NCBI GenBank assembly: GCA_950097015.1
Contig: CATNEN010000041.1
Span: forward strand, 3,410,001 to 3,474,000
Length of the DNA: 64,000 nt
Origin: Macrostomum hystrix
Taxonomy: Eukaryota > Animalia > Platyhelminthes
Reading direction: 5' to 3'
Shown: piece after piece, positions 9,889-21,800 of the stretch
How positions within the stretch are numbered: the first letter of the stretch is position 1
Layout: the number at the start of each line of letters is the position of its first letter
The notes under the pieces: generated by a model
Seen by the model: the letters and a program-made list of their open reading frames with translations, nothing else
Told to the model about the DNA's origin: nothing
The model's database searches: none
Made by a program: the position numbers and the translations under genes

Positions 9889-12789
9889 ATGGTGAACAAG
9901 TGTTCCGCATTCGGTTGCAAGAGCGGCTTCGCTAATAGTTCAACGCCAGGTACTGTGACATTTCATTGCTATCCACTCAACAACCCGAGTCTATTGAAAA
10001 AATGGAATAAAGCAAATCCGAGGAAGGCGTTTCAGCCCACGAAGTATTCTCGTATCTGCTCGCTTCATTTCACCACTGAGGACTTCGTCGAAACAACTCG
10101 AGATAGCAATATCACTCGCAGAGAGAAGAAAGGCCAGCTGACCAATCGTTATCTGAGGCAAGATGCAGTGCCAACTATCTTTCTTAATGCACCTGCATAC
10201 CTTTCTTCTGTCCGGCAAGCAGCTCGGAGCACATGCTCTGCGACATCATCTGCGCGTCTGGAGGCTTAAAACATGCGTCTCAATGATCAAATCGCCGACT
10301 TCTTTGCCAAAGATTCAATTCTCAGTTGCTCGCCACGAGAAATTCAAGAATTGCTCGAATCAGAGGAAACGAGACCAGATGGCTTTCAAACTGCAATTTG
10401 CAACGAGTTCCTATGCATCTTCATGCTGGAGGTAAAGCATGTCTGCCAGGTTGCATGCTCCATCTGCATTGGACCGAAACACAAAGTCTCCGTTGGTCTG
10501 AATGGCACAGCACTGTTACAAGACCAGGTGGTAAAATTGGTTGGCACGGATGGAAAAGTTTCTTCCATCAGTGAAGTTGTGAATTTGATGGCTCGAGTCA
10601 AGAACTTAAAAGAAGGTCTTGAACGCGCTGAGCAGCAGATGTTGCCTGATGCTGTTGTTAAGAAGCATTTCGATCACTTCATAGACATGGCCCACAACAA
10701 TCTGACAAGTGCTCTAGAGCAAAAGGAAGACAGGTCGGTGACTTTTATTCGAGAGCAGCTGCAGTTGAGCTGTGAGCCAAAGACATCGAGGAGATACTCT
10801 CAACAGCTGATGGTCTTGTGCTACATGATTTATTCAGTAAGTGCTGCAGCTTACGGGCTTCTACGTGAGCAAGAGATTCTCTGCCTGCCATCAGAGCGAA
10901 CTCTGCGATCAGTCACTAGGAGAATTGGAAAGGATGGATTGGATTCTCAGAGTTACCTTCGGCTGCGAGCGTCCAAGCTGACACAGATGGAGCGAGTTGT
11001 GGTGCTGATCATTGATGAGATCTATGTGGCCAATCGAATTGAGTACTGTGGAGGCCATGTGAGTGGATTGGACAATGATGGAGTGGTTGCTTCAACCTAC
11101 TGTTGCTTCTTGATAAAGTCAATTGCAGGCAAGTACAAGGACATGGTGTCCATGTTTCCTGTGGCAAAGCTGACAGCACAGAAGCTCAGTCACTGGTTCC
11201 AGGATGTCATGGATTTGCTGCGTAGCCTGCAGTTCTCCGTCATTGCAATATCCGTTGATAATGCACCAGTTAACAGAAAGTTCGTCGCCGATTTTCTGTG
11301 CGATGGAGACTTGAAGGAGTCAATTACTGACAAGGTCACAGGGCAGCCTATCTTCATTGTGATCGATCCCGTGCACAACCTCAAGAACATATACAACAAC
11401 TTCCAGACACGGAAATCATTTCCCTGCCCAGCATTCCCACCAGTTTTGATAGAAGCCTGCGACGCTCACTTTTGTCACATCGGTGAGCTGTTCAATGCTG
11501 AAGCCAACAAGCCGGTGAGACTTGCTCACAAGCTCAGCCCTGCTGTGCTGAACCCTAAAAATATCGAGAGAAGTCGTCAGTGAAGCTGGCAGTGGCAGTA
11601 TTCTGTGATTCAACTCGAGATGCACTCAAATACTACACTGCACATGAGAATAAGAACTGGAGTGGCACCGCAAGATTTGTCAGTTTGATTCTGAAGCTCT
11701 GGAAAGTTCTCAACGTCAAGACACCATCAAAGGGACTTCGAAAGCGTGACATTGCGCAGGATCCAGTGCGCTCGTCGCTTGACTGGAAGCTGCAATTTCT
11801 TGATGAGTTCAGTTGTTTTCTAAAGGTGAGTCTTAAATTAACTATTATCTTTAATTATTGTTACCAGTGGCATGGATAAGTTAAATTATTCATGCACAAA
11901 CAATTTGCAGTTGTGGCAGTCCTCTGGAGACTATGGCTTGTCAAAAGAGACCTTTTTGGCATGCCGGATTACCTGCCGATCCATCGCTGCCTGTGCGAGA
12001 CATCTGCTGGATCACGAAGGATTCTCCTATGTACTTCTTGGCTCACTCCAGTCCGACAGCATTGAACGCCGATTCGGCTGGCTCCGTCAGATGTCCGGAG
12101 CCAACTACTTCATTTCTGCAAGGCAGCTAACTGAAAACAGTCGCAAAATTGCTGCGATCAGTCTGCTGAAGTTTTCTCAGCTGTCACTGGCCGATATTGA
12201 CAATGCCATTGAGTCAATCTGCGCCAAGGATCAGTGCGTGAAGGAACTGGCGCGAGAGTTTGCAAGCAAGATGGAGATGAATATCCAGCCATTGAGCTCT
12301 GACTGCACCATCATCTACTATATAAGTGGAGCAGTCGCTAAGAAATTCGTGCAAAGGAAGCGCGGGTGCGCATCTTGCCGCGAACTTCTGCTTGGCTCTG
12401 ACGATCTGCCGCCTCTTGAGACTGATGGCGGGATTCAGGCCACGGCCATCGTCTTCTTGGAGGAGATCAACCGGGGTGGCCTGTCCAAGCCGTCTGATAT
12501 CGCTTTTGGGCTGGCCAGACACTGCTGGCAGGTGTTCGAGGAGATCCGGCAGAGCAATGAACTGCGCAGACGGCTGCTGCATGCGCCCAACCAGGATGAC
12601 AGCAACTATCTGGAACATTTCATGGGTCAGACGATGTGCACGGATGGCCATGATGTGAAAGAAGGAATCGTCTGTGCATTTTTCAACTGCATGATGAAAA
12701 ATCTAGTCAAGGACGTTTCGGTTAGTGGAGCTGGGGCTCGAAGTAAGCGAAAGTCGGCCAAACTTTCCAGTGCCAGAACAGACAAGTAA
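9889..12789 (+). pseudogene. P-element (THAP9-like) transposase with one intron; one in-frame stop and one frameshift
   Basis: THAP C2CH (CSAFGC...W...ICSLHF...AVPTIF); in-frame TAA 10267-10269; catalytic IDEIY, VDNAPVN, DPVHNLKN, QSDSIERRFG. Frameshift ~11575. Phase-0 GT-AG intron 11826-11910 joins FLK|LWQ. Confidence 0.88.
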
Positions 12790-13069
12790 CTTTTATTTGA
12801 TGCCAATACGACCTCTGTGAACACTCTTCTTCAAGTTCTAAGTTACCATTGCCTACGTGTTTTGTTTGTTACCGATTGTTTGAAGCACACCTGCATATGC
12901 GTTAATCCATTTGAATTTGCGTTGCTGCTTCAAGGTACTCGTAAACATAAATGAATAATCTGAAGAAAGGAACTAGCCAGTTAACATTACATCTCTGGAT
13001 TTCCGACATTTGAATTTCCGATCTTGCATTTCCCAATTTGACAGATTCCATAGAAAGCAGGGGAAAAAC

Positions 13070-13559
13070 TGGCCTCATGAGGTAATGGGTATTTCTTCGC
13101 TTCCAGTCCAGATGCTATTATATAGAAGTCCTTGGGATCGGGCCAAATAAACGACTTTAACATTGGACCATAGATTTATTTGGAGCGGCCAAAAGGGGTA
13201 TAAATTTAGAAATAAAGAACTTATAGAATTTATTCCCCAGTTGGATTGGCCCATAGACCAGATAAATTTATTTATTTGGCCGTTGAAGTTAATCTGGCCG
13301 GGACAGATAAACATTTATCTGGTCCGGTGACAATTATCTGGCTTCAACTGTGGAATAAATACATTATCACCCACTTGTTTGACTTATCTATGGCCGAAAA
13401 CGTCTTCGGACATCGTTTCTGAAGTCGTTTCCATCGATAAACGAGTCCTCAGCCGTTCCCGGCCAAAATAAATAAAAAAGTGGGTGATAACTTATACTTA
13501 TAGAACTTATAGAAAAAAATAAAGACTTCGAGAAATAAATAAACGGAAATAACTTATAC
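13070..13559 (-). mobile_element. Non-coding internal-deletion relative of the Crypton at 7657-9522, in opposite orientation
   Basis: Same blocks in the same order on the minus strand: 29 bp (13531-13559), 11 bp (13195-13205), 34 bp (13101-13134), 10 bp (13070-13079). Confidence 0.65.
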
Positions 13560-13668
13560 TTCATGCCCAACGCGGCCATTTTTCAGCCTTTGCCACCATT
13601 CGTGGCCATAGACACTGTCAAAAATCGTACTATGCACTGCCACACGTGGTAATAGAACATTTTATTAA

Positions 13669-14148
13669 TCAAATAGAGAGACAACCAACAAAGATGAAGG
13701 ATTTCATCAGATGAAGGAACCTCTGGATACCAGCCCGAATGCATACCAGACTAGCAGGCGAATACGGTTCACCATTTCGTTTCTTCAGGCCAAAATAGCA
13801 GTACCGCAAGTATTCGTTCCACTTCCATGACTCCATGGTTGCAAAGTCCTCGAACGTTTGTTCCCTTAAAAAAGCATCAAAGCCTTCACCATGGCGCTTT
13901 ATCTGGTCCAGTGTGGTCTTGGGCAAAGATTCCAGCTCAGCGACGTCCAGACTAAGTGTCACTTCATCGACCGGTAGGTCCGGAAGCTCTCCAACGTCGC
14001 TCTGGTTGGTCAAAAAGTTGATGAATTCCTGAAGTTCAGCATCGTACTGATGCGCCTTGTTACTCAGCTCCGTAAGTAACGATAATTCACTACTCGTAAC
14101 TCCGTCGAGGGAATCCACAGGCAAATGAGACCATTTAATAAGCGCCAT
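13669..14148 (-). pseudogene. N-terminal fragment of a second, divergent Crypton-type recombinase
   Basis: WNEYLRYCYFGLKKRNGEPYSPASLVCIRAGIQRFL matches the pre-DUF3504 block (LxxFY..R..G..Y...SL). Catalytic half absent. Confidence 0.65.
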
Positions 14149-14302
14149 GATCTCCTTTCAAACTTTTCAAGTGTTCTGCATCACTTTCTCGCTTCTCACT
14201 CTTTTTTTCTTCCCCACTTCTTCCTCTAGAGTTTTGACCTTAATTATGTTAGTCTATGACACAAGTTAGCCCAGAAAACAACCCATCCACCCCCATTCGC
14301 AA

Positions 14303-14523
14303 GGCTAAAATAATGACCGTTGGTTAGGCCTAGGCTGAAATAATGGCCGCTCAAAGTCTGAAATAATGACCGCGGACTTTACTAGGCTGAAATAATGCCC
14401 GCTGTGTCATACATACAATGCCGTTGCTATATGGGTAGCGTCCGTAAATAATGGCCATAGACACTCGCGCGCTACGCGCGCTCGTGTTTTGGCCATTATT
14501 TACCTCCGCTACCCATATAGCAA
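14303..14523. repeat. Four 17-bp direct repeats plus a 100-bp hairpin upstream of the second Crypton ORF
   Basis: g(g/t)ct(g/a)aaataatgNccg at 14303, 14333, 14356, 14385. Stems 14424-14440/14507-14523 (17 bp perfect) and 14444-14457/14490-14503 (14 bp perfect); apex cgcgcg-cta-cgcgcg. Confidence 0.85.
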
Positions 14524-15845
14524 TCTACCATTGCGACATATGTAAGAAAATGAGCGTGTTTGAGTTTGAAGAAAAGAAGATAGAAATGCTAGATCTTTTT
14601 ACCACCTACATATCGGCTAGTATGAGTACACTACACTACACTACGTACACTACAGCATTAGAAAGTTTCCATCCTCACGCGACTGCACAAAAAAATTCGA
14701 TTTTCTTGTATGTTTTGGCCACAAAAAATCAAAGTAAACTAAATCCCAGCTTTACTGGTGCACCCCAGCTTCCTAGAGTCGCCGACTCATGTCACTCATG
14801 TCTTAGCGTCAGCGCTGCGCAGATAAATTCTATCGTTTTTATAGCACTCCTGCCTGATGGGGAAGTCTCCGAAGAGAGAATTTTCTGACCTTGACAACAG
14901 TCGCCCATTTAGATCACCCTTAAACAGCGGCGCACCCTCAATGACATAGAACGCCGAGAGCTGCATGACGGACAAGTAGAGTTTGGTCGAGCTCGGCAGG
15001 ACAAAGTAAAGGATATGGAAATCTCATGCATAGAGTGCGGAATTCTTGCTTCTCAGCCTATATAGTGAGACGAGAGCGAATTTTTTACATCTTGACGTAT
15101 AGAATAACCTTATCTAATTGGAGTTAGTAACATTGTCCCACCGAGAAATGCAGCTACCAAAAAACGGGTGGAAGTGGCAGGGAAGTAGTACAATCGGTAA
15201 AAATTATAATATTATACGCTTCTAGTCAAAGTTTTTACTGAGTATCAGAAAGTTAAGAGCCTCGGCTCCCTCCTCCATTTACATTCTGCATTCTAGCGAC
15301 CACAGTAGGCGCTACCTAAGAGCGTATTTTTACGCCTGTACAGTTTACCTGAGTGAGCACTGAAGTCAGAAAAAAGTCTGTCACATTCAGTGTCAAGCGC
15401 GGATGTGCAAATTTTAAGAACAGTGTTTCCGAGCTAAAAATGCGGTAAAACGCGAAGAAGAAGAGACCAATTCTTTTCCATAATCAAATGCTATGACATA
15501 TCAGATAACGAAGTACATTTAAAGTGTACGTAATAAATGCAGAAAACAAGCGACTGCCATAATGTCGGCTCTCTCCCTCTCTACCTACTCTTTCCAGAAT
15601 GTACAAGTTGTATAGCACAGGAAAACTAATAGTCACTCTCCAGCGAGTACATTTTTAAATGGTCTGGGTGTGCAATAAGAGATAGGCGCCTGTTATACAA
15701 AGCATTTTTAAGCAATAATTTTTAACATCCCCGTTAAATCATGTATATGTATAATCAGAGTCGAGTGCAACATATAGTTCGTTGTTGAGGACTATCAAAA
15801 AGCGAATTGAAAAGTACGAATAGTTTAAACGTCTGCTTGCCTATC

Positions 15846-18800
15846 ATGACAAACGTAAGTAGTTTTTAGAAAAAGGAACTACGAAATTGTCTCTTGAAGG
15901 TTTGCTTTGAGCTGTTTTAGGGCAACAAAAATAGACTTGCTTGATTTTGGTTCGAATGGTGTTATACTATGTAGGTATTTAAAACCAGCGAACTTTTATC
16001 TACAAGTCATGGGTTCTCAAATTTTTACAGAGACGTCAACCATTGCAAGACTTCGAGAGGTTGCTTCGAGAGCACTTGGATGAACTTATGGATGGAGTTC
16101 AGCAAAAGAAAAAAGACTCCAGCTCTTCTAGTAGTGATGATTCCACACCTGCAGTGAAGTCATTCTTGAAGGCCGCAGCTTCAGGTGATCGCCGCCGATG
16201 CCAGTCATTTATGGACGGTGGAGGCGACCCAAGCGTGCGTGGAAAGAAGAAGCTCACTGCCCTGCATCTCGCTGCACATGAAGGACATGCAGACGTGATC
16301 AGAGAGCTTTTAAAGCGGGGCGCTGAAATCGAAGCCATAGATGAGGACGGCGACACGCCGCTCATTGCTGCTGTCATCAACAAAAAGCAGGAATCCGTGG
16401 AGCTTCTCATTGATAGAGGAGCCAATGTGGCTCATGTCAACAATAAGGGTCATACGGCAGCTGACATCGGTCTCATGAAGCGAAGTCTCGTTATCGTCAC
16501 AACACTGGAGAAGGTAAAGCATTGTCTCCAGTTTGATTCGGTTGTGCATGAGAAGACGCTAATGACTGCTGCACAAGAAGGGAACGTCAGAATAATTGAC
16601 TTCTGGCTGAAAAACCACCCAGACCGTAAAGCCTGTGATCAAAAACTCGGTCAGAGCCGCACGATGGCGTTCATTGCAGCTCTCAACGGTCACTTAGACA
16701 TCATGCAGTTGCTGCAGAAGTACAAGGCTAACTTTGAGCTCACAGACGACCGTGGACACACCCCACTGTTTTGCGCTGCTCAAAATGACCACTTTGAAGT
16801 CGTTAAGTTCTTGCTGGAGATGCGCTGCAACGTGAACCATACAAGCCTCACTGGTCGAACTCCAATATTCTCTGCAGTGAACAATGGCCATGACGATGTT
16901 GTGCGACTGCTGATTCGTACTGGTGCCAATGTGAACCAGGCAGATGAAGAAGGAACAACACCACTGGAGTGCGCCATTAAGCAGGGCTCCATGACTATCT
17001 TCCACATGCTCATCGATGCTGGAGCGCGTCTTGATCATGTCGAGTTCAACGGCTACGACTTTGCCATGATCGCAGCCTCCAACCAGCAGATTGAGATGCT
17101 CAAAGAGTTGCGCGCGATGGGTGTGCCCATGAACCAGGTCAATAGGAAGAATGGCGAAACAGCTCTGCTTAGCGCTTGCCAGGTGGGACCTGAGGAGTCT
17201 GTTGGTTTTCTTATCGCCGAGGGCAGTGACTTGAATCATCAGAACAAGCGTGGCGTGTCCCCTGCTCTTAGGGCTGCCTATAACGGACATTTCGTAATCC
17301 TAATGGCTTTGGGAGAGTCTGGAGCCAAATTGGATCTGCCAAATAAGGTTAACGAGACAGCCATTTTGTGCGCTGCTCAGAAGAGTTCCATAGATATGGT
17401 TCAGTATTTGCATAGCAAAAACTGCAACATTGCGGTAAAAGATGACAACGGCAAGACATTAGCTTGGTATGCCGCAAAAGAGGACTGTTTAGAGATTCTT
17501 CAGTTCCTCGCCAAAGTTGGCGCGCCTCTAGATACTCCCGACAAGGAAGGCAACACGCCGATAATGCAGGCAGTGAAAGCTGACGCAAGCCCCGAAACTG
17601 TGCGATTTCTCATGAACCACGGCTGCAGTCTGGGCAAGCAGAATCAAAAGGGTGATAACGCGGTGGACATTGCCAGGAAACGCAATAGGGAAGAACTCCT
17701 GAAGGTTCTACTTCAGAGAGATGGATCAAACTCACCAGAAAAGCCGTCCAACCGTAAAAGGCCATCAAACCCACCTCAGAAGCAAGAGTAAGTTCTGTTC
17801 AATATTTTGCTTTTATGGCTTTATGGAAAGTCACGAAACAGTTCTTGCATTTTATTTAATTAGGAAAGGCTTTAAATTTTTATCATGAAAAGTAAAAAAC
17901 AACGTCAGTTCGAATTTTAGTTTGCCGCTTTCAGCAAAATAGTTTCAGTTTGCACATCGTATTTTTTTAAGATTCAGGCGCGTTACCGCCCCGCCACACC
18001 CCCCTAATTTCGGAGTTCGCAAAAGGGAAGCAACTCGATGTATCTGAGAGGTATCTGGATAGGCTTCTTTTTTGAAGCTCAAAATGCAAAGCTAAACTCA
18101 ATCAAAGCACGCCTTCCTCTTTGCTCCCACATCCATCCCAAGAACAAAAACATAACAAATGGACGCCCCAAAAGAAAAGGGGACAGCGTCAGTCAGAGAT
18201 AATACAGTCTTCAATAAAAATTTTATTTGCTTCCTTGGTTTTCTCTACCACTACCCCTTTGCTTCTCTCCCCTGCCTTCTCTACCACTATGCCCTGTGTA
18301 TCCCCTATGGAAATTCGCCTTCAAATATGTCACTGACTGCAATGTTCCTGGTTTCAGATCAAATGAAGCCCTAGAGTTGGACGCTAGCTTCACAGACTGG
18401 GATTATGTCTATGACGCACAGAGAAAGAAGAAACTACTCGGCGAAGGCAACTTTGGCAAGGTCTACGAGGCACGTAATAGCAAAGGTCAGACAATGGCTG
18501 TTAAAGTGACAAAACTAAAAGGTGCGAAGAATGATCGAATCACGCAAAAAGCGATTCAGCTGGAAATGAAAGCAGTCGATCGACTGAAGACCCTTCGACA
18601 CCCCAACATAGTAATCTTTCTGAAGTCGGACTTCAGGGATGGAACCGTCTTTATCTTTTCCGAGATGATTGATGGCATCAACCTGGCTGATCGGAGGGCC
18701 CAATGTGACTCATTAGAGGAGTCAGAAATTCGAAGCTATGTTTTTCAGGTACGTTAGGTGCATAAAAATAATTTATAGCTGCGCATACTTTTGCTGCATT

Positions 18801-21800
18801 AAAAAGCTACTATTTTTCAGATTTGCGAAACCCTGGAATTCCTACATAAGAAAACTAAGCCGGCAATTCTGCACAGAGACATCAAGTGCTCAAATATCAT
18901 GGTGACGAAAAAAGGCACCATCAAGCTGATCGACTTCGGACTTGCAAAAGAGATATTTTCGTCCACGATAGCTGCAGTGACTGAGAATCGGTGTGGAACA
19001 TGGTACTATATGGCGCCGGAGCTTTTTAGCAGCCAAGACCATGTTTCCTACACCCATAAGACTGACATTTGGGCCTTCGGATGCACCATCTTCGAGATGG
19101 TAGAAGGCACCCCTCCAAACAGAGACAAGCGGGAGCACCAGATCCCAAATGTACTCCAAAACCAAGAAATGCCGTTGCCCTCAAAAAAAGTTTCCTCCGA
19201 TATGCGCGACTTTTACCGCCGTTGCGTAGAAAAGAATCCAGATCAGCGAGCGGATTCGACTGAGCTGCTGAAGCACAAGTTCCTGCGATCGGCCGAGAGA
19301 CCAGGAGCTGCGGCTGCGTCAGCTGCTGCTGCTGATCCTGCTGCGCCCCAGCTTGATTCAAGCTTCACTAGATGGGAAATAATTTGCGACGAGGATAACA
19401 AGAAAAGAGCAATCGGAGAGGGGGGATTCGGCAAGGTTTACAAGGCTTACACGGACAAACATCAGTTCGTAGCCGTAAAGATTGTGACGTTGAAGGGTGC
19501 GAGCGATCCCAAGCGGCTGAAGAGGGCTATCGAGCAGGAAAAGAAGGGAATCGAAATTCTGAAAACGGTTCGACATCCCAACATCGTTGTGTTTCTGAAG
19601 TCAGAGGTTGCTGAAAATGGCCAATTCTGCATCTTTACCGAACTAATAGCAGGCATAAGTCTCTTCGACTTGATGAGAAGACAGAGGAAGGCCTTCGATG
19701 AAGCTGGAATAAAAAAGTTTTCGCTACAAGTAAGTGCCGTCAGGATGATTTATACGTCGCATACTGGGTAAATAATTTTTACTATTCGTCAACAACTCGC
19801 ATCTAAGTTCGTAGTTCGTAGGGCACGGTCCTTGGGCGCTCGCGTTCGCAATACAGGCGGGAGGGGCAGTTCTCAGTTCTCAGAGTCCGAGGGCCTGCAG
19901 GTCAGCTTCAAGAACTCGAAATAAAACAACAGTTCGTAGCACACCTGTAGAAATAATCGCATCCGACCACTCTTCAGCTAATCAATAGGTCTGGGATGAG
20001 CAGGAGAGGAGGTGAGGAGAGATAGGCACAGCGGGGAGTGGTGAAGATTTCTAGAATTTCTCTGAGCTCTTGGTAAGCTAATGATAATCTCCGTATGAAT
20101 TCTAGACTCCGGATGGACAAGTGGTGTCATAGCAAAAGCTTGCATGGCACTCGAACCCTCACCCTTTTGTCAGATAAAATCAAAGAAAACAACTCGTTGA
20201 TTTTCCGAATCCTATAAATTTACTTTAGTTTTATTATTATATCGAACTACAAATGCCCTGGCAGAAATTCTTCGTAGTTACAGCCCAAATCAGGGACAAC
20301 TAAAACCACCGGGAAACGAAACAAAAACCAGCGGGATTTCTACCCTGCTGCTTGGTGAGGGAGCCTGAAGATAAATAATTTTGTTTAAGCTTAGGCAATC
20401 GCCTTCTATAGCTAACGTCTGGATACTATAGTGAGGCTGGAATGGCGAACGAGTAAGACTGGAATGGTGAACGACTGAGACTGGAATCGTAAACGAGTGA
20501 GACGGGAATCGCTAACAAGTGAGACTGGAGTCATTAACAAGTGAGACTGGAATCGTGAACGAGTGAGACGGGAATCGTGAACGAGAGAGATGAGAGTGGA
20601 ATTGTGAAAGAGTGAGACTGGAATCGTAAACGGGTGTGTCGCTTGGACAACAAACTAATTAGCAGTTTGGATGGAGTTTATTTAGTGGCAGTGGAAGCAA
20701 AAGGTGAGGCAGATAGAAAGGAACATGGACACGCTTGAGGGCACGCTTACACGCTAAGAGAACCTGTAACGGAGAGGTGGTCTTGTACATAGATATAAAA
20801 GTGGTAAACGCAAATGGATGAGGTCACAGACAATAAATAAGGTTAGCTGCAACTAATGTGTTAAGGGGACTAAAAGTACATGAAAACGTAAGACGAAGAC
20901 GAAGGCCCAAAAGAGGCGAAGAATTGGAGGATTATAATCCGACAGGTTCGGGGGGGGGCACGAATAACACAAAACATTGGAAGATGAATTCTGACATTTT
21001 TTCCGGGGAGGGCGGAGGACAACAGGCAAAACTGAGTTCACGACGAAAAGTAGTTGGCTAGCACGGGTGGTCGGATGAACTTCGGGAGCGGTTAAAGCTT
21101 TAAACATAGTCAATTGGTCAATTTATTCGTCACAGTAGTAAAATTGATAAGCATTAGTCACATGTCACAGATGCCATCGCGAATCGCCTGGCGGCGAAAG
21201 GCGCGAAGATCTCTGGCAGAGAGGCCGTCGGCGGTGCCGGCCGCTTCGGTGGTGCTAGCCGACGAGCCGGCGGACGAACCGGCTGATAAGCCGGCGGATG
21301 AGCTGGTGGACGAGCCTGTGGACGAGCCGGGTAGACCCGCCGCCAGAACGATGGGCTGTGAAGCGCCGGTGTCGCACTCGAGCGGGACGAGGTGGGCAAC
21401 GGATCGGCAGACCTCGTGGCCAGAAGTTGTGCGGATGGTGACGTACCGGATGATGCCAGCGGGATCCGGGTGCAGTTGGAGGATGCGGCACAGCTTCCAT
21501 GTCGCTCTGGGCGTCGGTTCGGCAAGGAGGCAGACCTGGTCGAGGTGGAACTCACTGGCGTTCTGGCGGTGGCGGCGCCGCTCTTGAAGATGGACAGAAC
21601 GGAGGTGATTGAGGTACTCTCGGTTCCACCGGTCCCAGAACGCGTTGAGGATGGCGTCGCGGCGGCGATGAAGAGCTCGAAGATGGTCCGCCGCGGAGGT
21701 GCCGGCTGGTAGAAAGGTGTCGTCGTTGACTGGAAGGAGCAGGTGAGGGCCAACCCCGAGGAGATGAGCCGGAGTCAGCGGTGATGGATCTGCCGGGTCG

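Noticed and set aside
9513-13079. CATGAGGCCA as the P-element TIR
   Set aside because: Flanks (ttttacca / aggtaatg) are not an 8-bp direct duplication; they continue as inverted sequence belonging to the Crypton ends.
20441-20636. CRISPR-like array
   Set aside because: Contiguous degenerate units with no unique spacers, in a eukaryotic intron.
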